A stretch of 64,000 nucleotides of DNA, taken from NCBI GenBank assembly GCA_963665125.2, contig CAXXUK010000001.1, positions 160,001 to 224,000 on the forward strand, in the 5' to 3' direction. The translations under genes were made by a program, and so were the position numbers. Position 1 is the first letter of the stretch; every line of letters begins with the position of its first letter. Positions 1 to 9,141 of the stretch are shown piece by piece. Below the pieces are notes generated by a model. The model was not told where the DNA came from, ran no database searches, and saw nothing but the letters and a program-made list of their open reading frames with translations. Origin of the DNA: an uncultured Desulfarculus sp. Lineage in GTDB: Bacteria > Desulfobacterota > Desulfarculia > Desulfarculales > Desulfarculaceae.

Positions 1-805
1 TCCTGAAACTGCCGTCCTCGTCATCGTAATCGAAATAGTTGAACGTCAGGTCCGCTGACAGGGCATCCGACACCAGCCAACGAACCGCGCCGCGAAAATC
101 GTAATGCTCGATGCCGGATGCGTAATCCCCGGTGTATTCGTTTTTCATGAAACCGTCTGAACGCCAGCTTGACGCGGCGGCGTTGAAAAACAGCCTGTCT
201 TTGATCAACGGTACGTTGAGCTTTCCCATGACCCTGTGGGTGTTGAAGGAACTGTACTCTCCCATCAGGCCGGCCGACAACTCGTTGTCCGGCATGCAGG
301 TGGTGATGTTCACGACGCCGGTTTCTGAGTTGCCGCCGTAAAGAGAGCCCTGCGGCCCCTTGAGCACTTCAATGCTCTCTATGTCCAACAGATCGGGATT
401 GCGCATCTCCGCGAGCAGATAATTTACCCCGTCGACATAGAAGGCGGAAGGAGCCCACAGGAGGCTGTCGGGACCCTTGAGCCCGCGAAAAACGATCCTG
501 TTGATGCCATAGTTGAGATTGGAAAAGACGTTGGGCATGTACCTCGTCAAATCTGAAAAGGACCAGCTTCCGGATTCCTCGATTTCCATTCCCGAGAAGG
601 CGTCCATGCTGGCGGTGACCTCTTGAATGTTTTCTCTCGCCTTTCTGACGGTAACGGTTACCGCATCAAGGGTATAGGCACCCTGTTCTTTTGTAACGGT
701 GGTTTTTCCGGTGCTGCCTTCCGATACCCGTGTATCGCCGGCATGGGCGGAAACGCTCATCAGGAAGCTAAACAGCAGGGCTGTGGCGATACCGTGGATC
801 TTCAT
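1..805 (-). CDS. TonB-dependent receptor, N-terminal part (runs off the window start)
   Basis: Manual translation from ATG at 805 (RBS GGAGGAGG): signal peptide MKIHGIATALLFSFLMSVSAHA, TonB box-like LDAVTVT, plug motifs FYVDGV and IESIEVLKGPQGSLYGGNSETGVVNI. Confidence 0.9.
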   Translation of the reverse strand, partial: MKIHGIATALLFSFLMSVSAHAGDTRVSEGSTGKTTVTKEQGAYTLDAVTVTVRKARENIQEVTASMDAFSGMEIEESGSWSFSDLTRYMPNVFSNLNYGINRIVFRGLKGPDSLLWAPSAFYVDGVNYLLAEMRNPDLLDIESIEVLKGPQGSLYGGNSETGVVNITTCMPDNELSAGLMGEYSSFNTHRVMGKLNVPLIKDRLFFNAAASSWRSDGFMKNEYTGDYASGIEHYDFRGAVRWLVSDALSADLTFNYFDYDDEDGSFR

Positions 806-965
806 TCCATCCTCCTCCCGGACAACTGGCAAAAGTTGGAGGCATGCAGTACGTCATACTGAATACGCCCCGGTATTCATGGCGGGCTCAACAGAATATG
901 ATGGAATCTATTGCGGAAAGGACCTGGACAATACCAGTTAGTGTAAATATTTTAGTAATTAATGA

Positions 966-984
966 AAATATGATAATCAATATT
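966..984. promoter_or_regulatory. Putative Fur box upstream of the TonB receptor
   Basis: AAATATGATAATCAATATT matches 14/19 of GATAATGATAATCATTATC, in the AT-rich region upstream of a TonB receptor. Confidence 0.6.
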
Positions 985-1419
985 TTATTTATGAATATTA
1001 ATAAAGAGTCGCTTTGTCAGAAAAACATATGGAAATTATTTTATAAATTTTATTTAATTCTACCTCTTTGGTAATATTATAATAAAAAGATAGAATTATC
1101 TAATTTCATAAGCTTCATAGCTTGTGTAACTACTTCATGGGCAGGCAAAGAACCAAGGCAACTCCGCGATCTGGCCGCAACGTCGGTCGTGCAAAGCGAT
1201 CAACGCGCTGTTCGGGGACCGCTCCGGGCGTATGGCGCGGTTGTGCGCCTTCGGGATGCTCACGCACGGGCGCCATGTCTTGGTATCGAGGGGGTGAAGG
1301 CGGGTGCCGGCTGCTGGCAATGGCGTCAACCTGACGAAGACTGTCCGGTCGACGGGCGCGTGAGGGAGAAGTGCGCCCAATATCCGGTATTTCAGCCCGA
1401 ATCGGACCGGACGAACAGG

Positions 1420-2457
1420 TTAGGGAATAGGCTCCGGGAGAGAGTAGAACGGGTTGCCAATCTTTCTCTTCCTGTACTGTCCGGGCCGTATTCCATAATA
1501 ATCCCGAAATGCCTTGGAAAAATGGCTTGAATTGGAATAGCCAGCGGCATAGGCGATTTCCGTCAGGCTCAATTCATTCGCTTCAATCAGTTCAAGAGCC
1601 CATTGCAGGCGCTTCCGGCGCAGAAGTTCAAACGGAGTGCAACCAAAAACAAATCTAAAATATTTGCCCAACCTGGGGTGCGACATACCGGCGACCCTGG
1701 CCAGTTCATGGATAGAAGGTGGATTATTGATATCTTGAAGCAACATATCCCTGGCAGCAAGAACACCTTGCATTCGTTCTTCGTTCATCCCCTCTGGCGT
1801 GGCTGGTGTTCCAGAGATCATATCCAACTTGAGGGCAATCAGTTCAAGGGCTTTGGCTTCCAGGAAAAAGTGACGTACCTGCCCCAAAAACGAGCAATGG
1901 AGTATTTGTTGCAAGACCCTGCCCATGGACAGAGAGTTGATGTTTTTCTGAAAATAAAACTCTTCTTTTCTTCCGTGAAGGCCAGGTAGTTCTTTCTGAC
2001 AAAAACGCTCGGTGCAGTTTCCGGTCTGCCCAGGGCTGACGAACCGCTCCATAGGAATGGTCAGGACAACTGCATCCAGTTGTTCATCTTTTGGGGCTTC
2101 CCGTATCAGTTCCGAGTCCGGAAACCAATAAAAATAGTTGTTACCCGCCTCGATTTTAAATCCCTGTTTAAAAAAAGTATTTTTATTTACAGACTGGCCG
2201 CTAAGACCAAATACCAGCATGATATCATCGGTGGTCCCCTGAAGCCGGGCGTAGAGTCCATTTCGAAGCTTGCACCGACTGACGGTTAAGGTCAGTCCCG
2301 ATGGCAGGTATTCAGTTACAAAAGTCCCGGTTCCAACACGTGCCGGCAGGTCCCAGCTCATATTGCCGCCTGATCGGCCAACCGGCAGGACACGTTCAAG
2401 GCTACCTTCCGTCTCCCCAAGCATTACGGATGGCTCTGTGTATCTTCCCTCATACAT
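1420..2457 (-). CDS. AraC-family transcriptional regulator (PchR/YbtA-like)
   Basis: C-terminal PPSIHELARVAGMS...LTEIAYAAGYSNSSHFSKAFRDYYG and the FLEAKALEL motif. Confidence 0.92.
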   Translation of the reverse strand: MYEGRYTEPSVMLGETEGSLERVLPVGRSGGNMSWDLPARVGTGTFVTEYLPSGLTLTVSRCKLRNGLYARLQGTTDDIMLVFGLSGQSVNKNTFFKQGFKIEAGNNYFYWFPDSELIREAPKDEQLDAVVLTIPMERFVSPGQTGNCTERFCQKELPGLHGRKEEFYFQKNINSLSMGRVLQQILHCSFLGQVRHFFLEAKALELIALKLDMISGTPATPEGMNEERMQGVLAARDMLLQDINNPPSIHELARVAGMSHPRLGKYFRFVFGCTPFELLRRKRLQWALELIEANELSLTEIAYAAGYSNSSHFSKAFRDYYGIRPGQYRKRKIGNPFYSLPEPIP

Positions 2458-2735
2458 TTTGCTTCCTTCAATCCAGATCCGAATTGTAGGGCTCCAAGCT
2501 TTACCAGCACTCTGAAATGAATAAAAAACGGAAATTTTGCTTTATGTCAATGACGTATGGAAGGGACAAGGAATTTTTTCATCATCTATAAGATTTTTTT
2601 CACCAACTGGTATTGCCCAGGTCCATTTCGCAATAAACATTGCACCATTAAGATACATTCGTCAGATGGGGCATTTCCATCCAGGACTCCCGCCTTATTC
2701 ACTCGGGGGGGACATGTTGATCAAGGAGACTTGAA

Positions 2736-3386
2736 ATGAAAAAGATTCTTATGCTTCAAGCTGTTATGATTGCATTCCTCTGGGGCTACCAGGTGTTTGC
2801 AGCCGATAGTGCGAATCCGGAAATTTCCGACCTCACTCCATGGCTGGGACACAGCGTATCGATCATCCATCTGTACCAAGGCGAATCCGCCGATAATTAT
2901 TTCGCTGAAGTCGCAAAACATGCGCCCGAAGGCTATACGGTGGAAATGGTGAAGGAATTCATCTGCAGCCAGTTTGCCGTGAAGTTCAAATCCATTTACT
3001 TTGCTGACAAAGACACGATTGTTATCGATGATAGGATCATCGGGAAATACAGCTACGTCGGCAGTCTCACAACAAAATGGAAGGATGTCAGGACAACGTG
3101 GCAAATCTTTAAAACCGATTCGGAAGAAATGATCGGGGCGGGATTCAAGTACGTCATCCTTTTCCCTTTTCACCAGCACAGCAAGGATTCCTTACGACAT
3201 GCCCACCTGAGGTATGGCAATGAGAACTTCGATTTTCTGATAACGGACCCTTCTGTCCAAATGTGGTGGCCGGCAATCTACCAACCGGAAACAACGGATG
3301 AAGCGAAGATCATGGCGACGATGATCAACGGCGCCAAACTCCAGGCTTCAATTCTTCCTGCATTGAAGAACACAGGTAAGGACTGA
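2736..3386 (+). CDS. Exported ZinT/AdcA-C-like metal-binding protein
   Basis: Signal peptide; His-rich FHQH...RHAHLRYG followed by WWPAIY, as in ZinT lipocalin-like domains. Confidence 0.7.
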   Translation: MKKILMLQAVMIAFLWGYQVFAADSANPEISDLTPWLGHSVSIIHLYQGESADNYFAEVAKHAPEGYTVEMVKEFICSQFAVKFKSIYFADKDTIVIDDRIIGKYSYVGSLTTKWKDVRTTWQIFKTDSEEMIGAGFKYVILFPFHQHSKDSLRHAHLRYGNENFDFLITDPSVQMWWPAIYQPETTDEAKIMATMINGAKLQASILPALKNTGKD

Positions 3387-3406
3387 TCTCTAAAACGGGA
3401 GTCAAA

Positions 3407-4120
3407 ATGGTCTCCTCTGAGAAAAATTGGGTTTTCGATAAACACGACGCGGCGGCCTACGACAGGCACTGGGTGAAATTATCTGCCTTGAAAGATGTAT
3501 TACATCTATTTACGCGCATCGTGCTGTCCGAATTGCCGGAGCATGCTCATATCCTATGCATCGGCGCAGGTACCGGGGATGATATTTTCGGTCTGGCGCA
3601 CCATTACCCACAGTGGCGCTTTACCGCTGTCGACCCCTCCGCATCGATGATGGAGATTTGCCGGGAGAAAGCGCAGGAGCAGGGCATCGCTTCGCGCTGT
3701 TCATTCCACGCAGATTATTTAAGCTCACTGAACCCGGCGGATAAGTTTGATGCGGCCACTTGCCTACTGGCGTCTCACTTTATTAAGGACAAGGAAGAGA
3801 GGCGGAACTTATTCAGGGAAACAGCATCACGGCTTGTTCCCGATGGCATACTGGTCAGCGCGGATTTTTCAGGTGATAGATCAGCCCCAGCTTTCGACAA
3901 CCAGCTGTCATTGTGGCTGCAGATGATGCGCTATGCCGATGTATCCATCAGGGAGGTTGAGAAAATGCGGACCTCCCTTGATGACTATGTTTCTGTTTTA
4001 GCGCCCGACGAGATTGAGAGACTTATAAGTTCCAGCGGATTCAGCAGCCCCATTCTTTTTTTTCGGGCTGCATTGGTGCATGCGTGGCATGCAAAACTGA
4101 TCTCTGACAATGGCGGGTGA
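3407..4120 (+). CDS. Class I SAM-dependent methyltransferase (CmoA-like)
   Basis: ILCIGAGTG motif I, AVDPSASMM, FDAAT, RLVPDGILV. Confidence 0.88.
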   Translation: MVSSEKNWVFDKHDAAAYDRHWVKLSALKDVLHLFTRIVLSELPEHAHILCIGAGTGDDIFGLAHHYPQWRFTAVDPSASMMEICREKAQEQGIASRCSFHADYLSSLNPADKFDAATCLLASHFIKDKEERRNLFRETASRLVPDGILVSADFSGDRSAPAFDNQLSLWLQMMRYADVSIREVEKMRTSLDDYVSVLAPDEIERLISSSGFSSPILFFRAALVHAWHAKLISDNGG

Positions 4121-4235
4121 GCAGGATAAGATCGCGGTTTCCTGCGAATAATAAACGCAGAAACGTACGATCATGAATGCGTTTTTATCCTGGAAAACCC
4201 TGTATCAGAGATTAAATGAATATTGGAGAAAAGCA

Positions 4236-4871
4236 ATGCACGCTGAACGGTTTTTTCAGTTCATGGCCGAATACAACACCGCCATATGGCCAGCACAAGT
4301 TATATTTTACATATTAGCTGTTTTCTTCATATTTACATCGTTCTACAAGATCAGATCTTCAAACACTATAAACATACTCATTTTATCAGTACTTTGGGTA
4401 TGGAATGGATCTGTAACGCTATTAATTTTTTTCAGCAATTTCCATTACCAATATTATTTATGGGGAGCGTTCTGGATTGCCCAAGGACTTTTGATATATT
4501 ATATTGGGGTGGTCAAGAGACAAATAAATCTTAAAATAAAGAAAGACGTTTATTCAATTGCCGGCTTAACATTCATTGTTTATGCCCTGGTAATATACCC
4601 GATGATAGGCTCATGGCTTGGACACCCTTTCCCGAGGGGGCCGCTATTCGGCTCTGCACCTTGCCCGACAGTCATATTTACATTCAGCGCATTCCTGTTC
4701 TCAGAGAACAGAGTCAAATCATATCTGTTGTATTTCCCGATGTTGTGGGCATTGATGAGCCTTTACCCAATTATCGGGATGGGGGTTTATGCTGACATTG
4801 GAGAGATCGTTGCCGCTATTGTTGCATTCGCTTTGATCCTGAAGAAAAACAAAAGCATGTCCCTCAACTGA
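4236..4871 (+). CDS. Integral membrane protein, DUF6064-like
   Basis: Multi-TM protein with FF..MAEYNTAIWPAQ start and FGSAPCPTVIFT motif; ATG 4236 has a GGAG RBS (ORF track starts at 4173). Confidence 0.7.
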   Translation: MHAERFFQFMAEYNTAIWPAQVIFYILAVFFIFTSFYKIRSSNTINILILSVLWVWNGSVTLLIFFSNFHYQYYLWGAFWIAQGLLIYYIGVVKRQINLKIKKDVYSIAGLTFIVYALVIYPMIGSWLGHPFPRGPLFGSAPCPTVIFTFSAFLFSENRVKSYLLYFPMLWALMSLYPIIGMGVYADIGEIVAAIVAFALILKKNKSMSLN

Positions 4872-4876
4872 TCGGA

Positions 4877-4959
4877 GAAGTGGCCCCGGCTCCTCGGACC
4901 ACTAAGTGTTGATCTAACCCATTAACGACGGACTGAACCGCCCCGGCAAATCCAGAGAG
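4877..4959 (+). mobile_element. Stacked IS3-family terminal inverted-repeat stubs
   Basis: GAAGTGGCCCCGG...GGACCAC (4877-4902), TGATCTAACCC...ACGGAC (4910-4933, same end as at 11638 and 16194), TGAACCGCCCCGG...AGAG (4934-4959, IS629/IS51-like end). Confidence 0.55.
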
Positions 4960-4968
4960 GTTTTTATC

Positions 4969-5313
4969 ATGGCCTTTATGGAAAGGGCAAAGCAAAGGTG
5001 CGAGCAAGACAAGGCCGCCAACATCCGCTGGTTTGTCCATTATAATGGTCGACAAATCGATAGCCTGAAAACAGCTTGGCGCAATGACAAGGAAAGAGCA
5101 GGGTATAAGAACCATCCTATCCGGATCTATGATCTGCATCATGTGGCTGCCACTGAAATGCTGGCGGCAGGAGCCGACCCTGTTGCCGTGCAGCACCAGC
5201 TCGGCCACAAGAAACTCAGCACCACGTTTAACGTCTACAGTCACGTTGTTTCGGTCGCCCAGGAGCGTGCGGCAAGCATGATCCCGGACCTGAATGAAGA
5301 TGGCGAGGAATAG
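4969..5313 (+). pseudogene. Tyrosine recombinase/integrase C-terminal fragment
   Basis: IRIYDLHHVAATEML...QLGHKKLSTTFNVYSH; HxxR box degenerate (Arg replaced by His) and N-terminal domains absent. Confidence 0.8.
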
Positions 5314-5328
5314 GGCGTTCTTAATATG

Positions 5329-5358
5329 AAGAGTCAAGCGTCATGCCTGGCTCTTTTT
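5329..5358 (+). terminator. Putative intrinsic terminator after the integrase fragment
   Basis: AAGAGTCAAGC-GTCAT-GCCTGGCTCTT hairpin followed by a T-run. Confidence 0.5.
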
Positions 5359-5369
5359 GTGTTTTTTAC

Positions 5370-5717
5370 TCAACGCCCATCAGCGTGACGGTTTTGGTGA
5401 CAGTTTTTAACAAAAAATGGCCCTGCCGAGCGGTTTGATCCGCGGGCCAGTGGGCTTAATTGGGAAGCCTGCCAATACCCCTCCCAATGCACCAGATCAT
5501 CCATCGCCCGCTTGGGTACGAAGTGCCGTTCCTGCCCGTCGCGCCAATATTTGATCACTTCCAGGCCGGTCTGGCCGGGCTCCAAGTCCACCACCGGTGG
5601 CATTTCGTCAGGAAAACCAAGGGCTACGATGCTGTCCAGGCTTTGGGCTTCCGGCGGCAGGAGGGGCATCCTCACTTGTAATAAGGTCAAAGCTTGCTGT
5701 TTGCTGGTTTCTTGCAC
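5370..5717 (-). CDS. Hypothetical protein or gene fragment
   Basis: 115-aa ORF downstream of the NicO gene on the same strand; no family recognised; the 3' end runs into att-like sequence. Confidence 0.3.
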   Translation of the reverse strand: MQETSKQQALTLLQVRMPLLPPEAQSLDSIVALGFPDEMPPVVDLEPGQTGLEVIKYWRDGQERHFVPKRAMDDLVHWEGYWQASQLSPLARGSNRSAGPFFVKNCHQNRHADGR

Positions 5718-5810
5718 CTTGGCCCGTCCCTGGGCCAGGGTGCAACGCCCCGGACGGAGTGAATTCGGTCCGGGGCTTAGGGCGCGCAGCTTAGAGTCGC
5801 GCCGGGTCGG

Positions 5811-6731
5811 CTATCCCTGGCCCCACAATGCCGAGGCCATGAACAGGGCTCCCAGAATGGTAAGGCCCAGAGCAGCCAATACCTGAAAGATACCTTGCAA
5901 CGATACAAATACCCCGGGCTGTGTGGAGGCCAGCTTCAGTGAGGCATTCTTGCCTCCATGGGCCAGCAGACCCACGGCCGAGATGGTTGCCCCCATGCCC
6001 AGACTCATTGCTCCAGCCAATAATACGCCCAGCCAAACCGCGTCCAATGACAGGAAAAACAGCATTATCAACACCACCCCTGGGCAAGGCACCAGTCCAG
6101 CGGCCAAAGCCATAAGCCAGGGCGGGACGTCCGGTGATGACGGCATGGCTTGTGCTCGGTTTCTGCTTTGGAGCCAGGAGCGGACGGCGCCAATCAACAA
6201 CACCAGCCCCAGAATGGTGATAAGTCCATAGCTGACCACTTGCACGATTGAAGTGAACTGGTTCAATGCGTCGCGGACACTGGCCTCCAGGATCTGGCGC
6301 ACTATCAGTACCAGGGCGACACCACTGACCCCATGGATGATGGCCACCAAGTTGCCCATGACCAGGCCGGGACCCAGGCGGCCTCTGGTTAGAACATAGC
6401 CCAGGGTTACCGCCTTGCCGTGGCCTGGCCCGACGGCGTGCACGACTCCGTAGGCAAAGGCCAGGGCCAACAGGTTGAGCAGAGGGGCGAGGTGGCCGGA
6501 TTCTTTGACCTCCCGGCCCAGCGCAGCCATTTTCCGGTTCAGCAGGCGTTGCCACTGGTTGATTTTATTGAGCAGCCCGGAAAACCAGGAGGCTTGCTGA
6601 TTGGCGGTTATTGACTGGGGCGATGGCGGTGTCCGGAAGGGGCTCTGGGCTTCAGCGGACAAGGCCAGGGTCACGCACAACAACGCGCAAAATAAAGCAA
6701 TATAAAGCAGACGGATCATTGCTGGCGCCAA
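5811..6731 (-). CDS. NicO/RcnA-family Ni/Co/Zn transporter (ZevB-like)
   Basis: AYGVVHAVGPGHGK and GLVPCPG motifs, multiple TM helices. Confidence 0.9.
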   Translation of the reverse strand: MAPAMIRLLYIALFCALLCVTLALSAEAQSPFRTPPSPQSITANQQASWFSGLLNKINQWQRLLNRKMAALGREVKESGHLAPLLNLLALAFAYGVVHAVGPGHGKAVTLGYVLTRGRLGPGLVMGNLVAIIHGVSGVALVLIVRQILEASVRDALNQFTSIVQVVSYGLITILGLVLLIGAVRSWLQSRNRAQAMPSSPDVPPWLMALAAGLVPCPGVVLIMLFFLSLDAVWLGVLLAGAMSLGMGATISAVGLLAHGGKNASLKLASTQPGVFVSLQGIFQVLAALGLTILGALFMASALWGQG

Positions 6732-7330
6732 AACTGTATGCGAACGCCCGTAGTGTGGACCAGGCCCAGCATGTCATTGTCGACCCGGGTTTTAGTCATG
6801 GTCACCTTGACTTCGATGTTGGGCCTTGTTTCCAATTGCACGGCATCATGGGGCACCACGGTCAGACACGTGTAGTACGTGTCATCATAAGGGCAGATGT
6901 CAACCGTTTTGACCCCTTTCGTGGCGGCCACATGGCAGGGAATGACAAATTGGTAGACCAATTTGCCTTTAGTTATCCATGCCTGGAAATCCTTGACCCA
7001 TTTGAGAGTAAAATTTCGGCCCTGAACCTTGATGTTGGTGAAATAGCTAAAGTTTTTTAGGTAGTCAAAGGCTTCGGCTTCAAGGGTTTTAACCTCCTTG
7101 GAGGAAAGCTTGCCATCGTGGTTGGGATCGAACTCATCCAACAGCATGGCTGAAAACATCTCGTCAAACTCCCAGTGCACTCTTATGGACGCCAGACCCT
7201 TATCATCAAAAGATATTAAAAAACTGGTATCGGCAAAAGCATGGGGGTGGGCCAGGGCTGGTAGAGCAAGCACCAGCATTAGGAGGACCGGCGTTATCAG
7301 CCTGATTATCCAGTTGCTTTTCCAGCGCAT
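6716..7330 (-). CDS. DUF1007-family periplasmic metal-binding protein (ZevA-like)
   Basis: Signal peptide ending ALA followed by HPHAFAD, WEFDEMFS, YDDTYY; likely start ATG 7330 (ORF track extends to 7465). Confidence 0.85.
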   Translation of the reverse strand: MRWKSNWIIRLITPVLLMLVLALPALAHPHAFADTSFLISFDDKGLASIRVHWEFDEMFSAMLLDEFDPNHDGKLSSKEVKTLEAEAFDYLKNFSYFTNIKVQGRNFTLKWVKDFQAWITKGKLVYQFVIPCHVAATKGVKTVDICPYDDTYYTCLTVVPHDAVQLETRPNIEVKVTMTKTRVDNDMLGLVHTTGVRIQFWRQQ

Positions 7331-7545
7331 GCAGGATTGGTCCTTCCCGGGGAAGATGGCACCTAATCCTAACCAGGAAACTTGATCGGTGCAACAGCTG
7401 ATGAGGCGATAACCAGACCTGCAATTTATATCCCGCCCAAGCCGGGGTTGAGTAGTTGAAACCATAGTTGCATGCGAATAAACGCAATGCTTTCGGGGTG
7501 TCCCCCGGGTGCAGGCCCAGCGCCCGAGGGACAGGGAGGTGGCTT

Positions 7546-8496
7546 TTAGTTAAGGGCCCAGAACCATTTGCTTACTATCTGCGGCCGCTCTATGACGCTG
7601 GAATCGATATATTTGGGCAAGCTATAGACTGGTATGGCGCAAAGTTCGGAGTTCTGTGCTTTGGCTTTGGCCAAGGCCTTTTGCACTGCGGTTGAGTCAC
7701 CGGTTATTACGATTACATCGGGTTTCGCCTTGGCTAGGCCATCCAACTTGCGGATCGTGACATGACCATTGGTTGGCTTTTTTCCTTTGGCGACCAGAGC
7801 TTCGCCCACGTTTTTACAACCAAGGGGCTCAAGGATGAATTGATCAGAATACCCTCCGGGAACCTCCACCTCGATAAAGACCTTGCCGGTTCCTTGCTGA
7901 TAGATGCCGTTGAGGATCACCACCTTTTTCGCCAGATTTACGCCCTTGGTCTTTTGGGTCAGCTTGGCGACAGCCTTGTTGTATTTTTCGATAAGTTCCT
8001 TGCCTGCCTTTTTCTTGTCCAGCAAATCGGCTGTCTGTTCTATGGCCGGGACGACACCCTTGGTGAAATCAACATATTTGATATCCATGCCCATTTTTTG
8101 CAGATCTTCAACAGAGTCCAGGGGGTCCACGTCAGGATTGAGAATGCAATACGGGTCTGACTTTTCGATAATTACCTGCTTGACCTTGTTTTTTTTGATG
8201 AAGTTGAAGAGCTTGTCCCGCTTGCCATGAGAGAGGCACCGTGGGCAACCAAGGGGTTGGGCTTGGGTCTTTATCTTGTCGCACAAGGGCCACAGAGAAC
8301 AACGGACTCCCATTGCAGCCGGGACCACTCCCAAGTTGTAGGCGATGTCCACGACCCTGTCGCCAATGATGACGATATTGCGCGTTTCTTTTTTGTCCCA
8401 TGATTTGGCCTGAGCCGCGCCGATCGACAGAGCGGCGATTGCGATTAAGACGGCGACCATACAGGCGGCTTTAGTGAATAAACTGTGATTATGCAT
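7546..8496 (-). CDS. Periplasmic substrate-binding protein (BtuF/FhuD-like fold), Cys-rich
   Basis: Signal peptide; RNIVIIG..VVDIAYNLG and AKAKPDVIVI typical of cluster A-II binding proteins. Confidence 0.75.
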   Translation of the reverse strand: MHNHSLFTKAACMVAVLIAIAALSIGAAQAKSWDKKETRNIVIIGDRVVDIAYNLGVVPAAMGVRCSLWPLCDKIKTQAQPLGCPRCLSHGKRDKLFNFIKKNKVKQVIIEKSDPYCILNPDVDPLDSVEDLQKMGMDIKYVDFTKGVVPAIEQTADLLDKKKAGKELIEKYNKAVAKLTQKTKGVNLAKKVVILNGIYQQGTGKVFIEVEVPGGYSDQFILEPLGCKNVGEALVAKGKKPTNGHVTIRKLDGLAKAKPDVIVITGDSTAVQKALAKAKAQNSELCAIPVYSLPKYIDSSVIERPQIVSKWFWALN

Positions 8497-8553
8497 TCTA
8501 GCTCCTGGGCCGCCGTATGCGAAAGGGGCGGCATAGGTGTTCTTAACGGTTCG

Positions 8554-9105
8554 TTATCTTATGCGTTGTGTTAGTTTGTTCTGCAGGCAAAGCAGGGTGC
8601 CTGCCTGGTTGTAGACAAACAGCAGGCATGAACTCAGCAGTGCGAGTCCACCCCCGGCAATAATATTCTTGGCGCCTTGGGCTACTGCTCTGAACTCCGG
8701 ACTGCCCGGTGCGTGTCCGGAAGGTATGGCCCTGATGCCCACCAGGTGGAAACCAATGGCCAGGGTGATCAATCCGGCCACCTGCAACACCAGGTTGATG
8801 CTGCACAGTGCGGACCGGTAGCGGTTGCCGCCTTTGATCTCCTCGGCGGCATAATAAAACAGCCCCATCAAGGCGGTGCTTACCCAACCCACCAGGGCAA
8901 CATGGGCGTGAATCTTGCTGACGAAATAGCCGAAAAACGGCTTTATATGCTCAGGCTCGATACCTAGGAGCATGGCGTAGAAGTCCTTGAAGATGAACTT
9001 GGTCGGGTGCATCAAACCTTCCAATGTGCCCAACAGAAAGAACAGCAAAGACGCGATCATGAACTGGACGGCTGTTTTCTTGCCCAGCGGTGCTATTGGT
9101 GTCAT
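8554..9105 (-). CDS. Small 4-TM membrane protein resembling part of heme-copper oxidase subunit I
   Basis: HAHVALVGWVS..LMGLFY motif and four hydrophobic helices. Confidence 0.6.
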   Translation of the reverse strand: MTPIAPLGKKTAVQFMIASLLFFLLGTLEGLMHPTKFIFKDFYAMLLGIEPEHIKPFFGYFVSKIHAHVALVGWVSTALMGLFYYAAEEIKGGNRYRSALCSINLVLQVAGLITLAIGFHLVGIRAIPSGHAPGSPEFRAVAQGAKNIIAGGGLALLSSCLLFVYNQAGTLLCLQNKLTQRIR

Positions 9106-9141
9106 GGCCCTTGTAATCTTTCCAAAAGTGCTGTTCTGGGT

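Noticed and set aside
7388..7473. CTGATGAG...GAAA and CTGATGAGGC...GCCGGG on the + strand resemble a hammerhead core or a NiCo riboswitch
   Set aside because: Hammerhead stems I and II do not pair, and the motif is on the strand opposite to the downstream metal genes; an Infernal search would settle it
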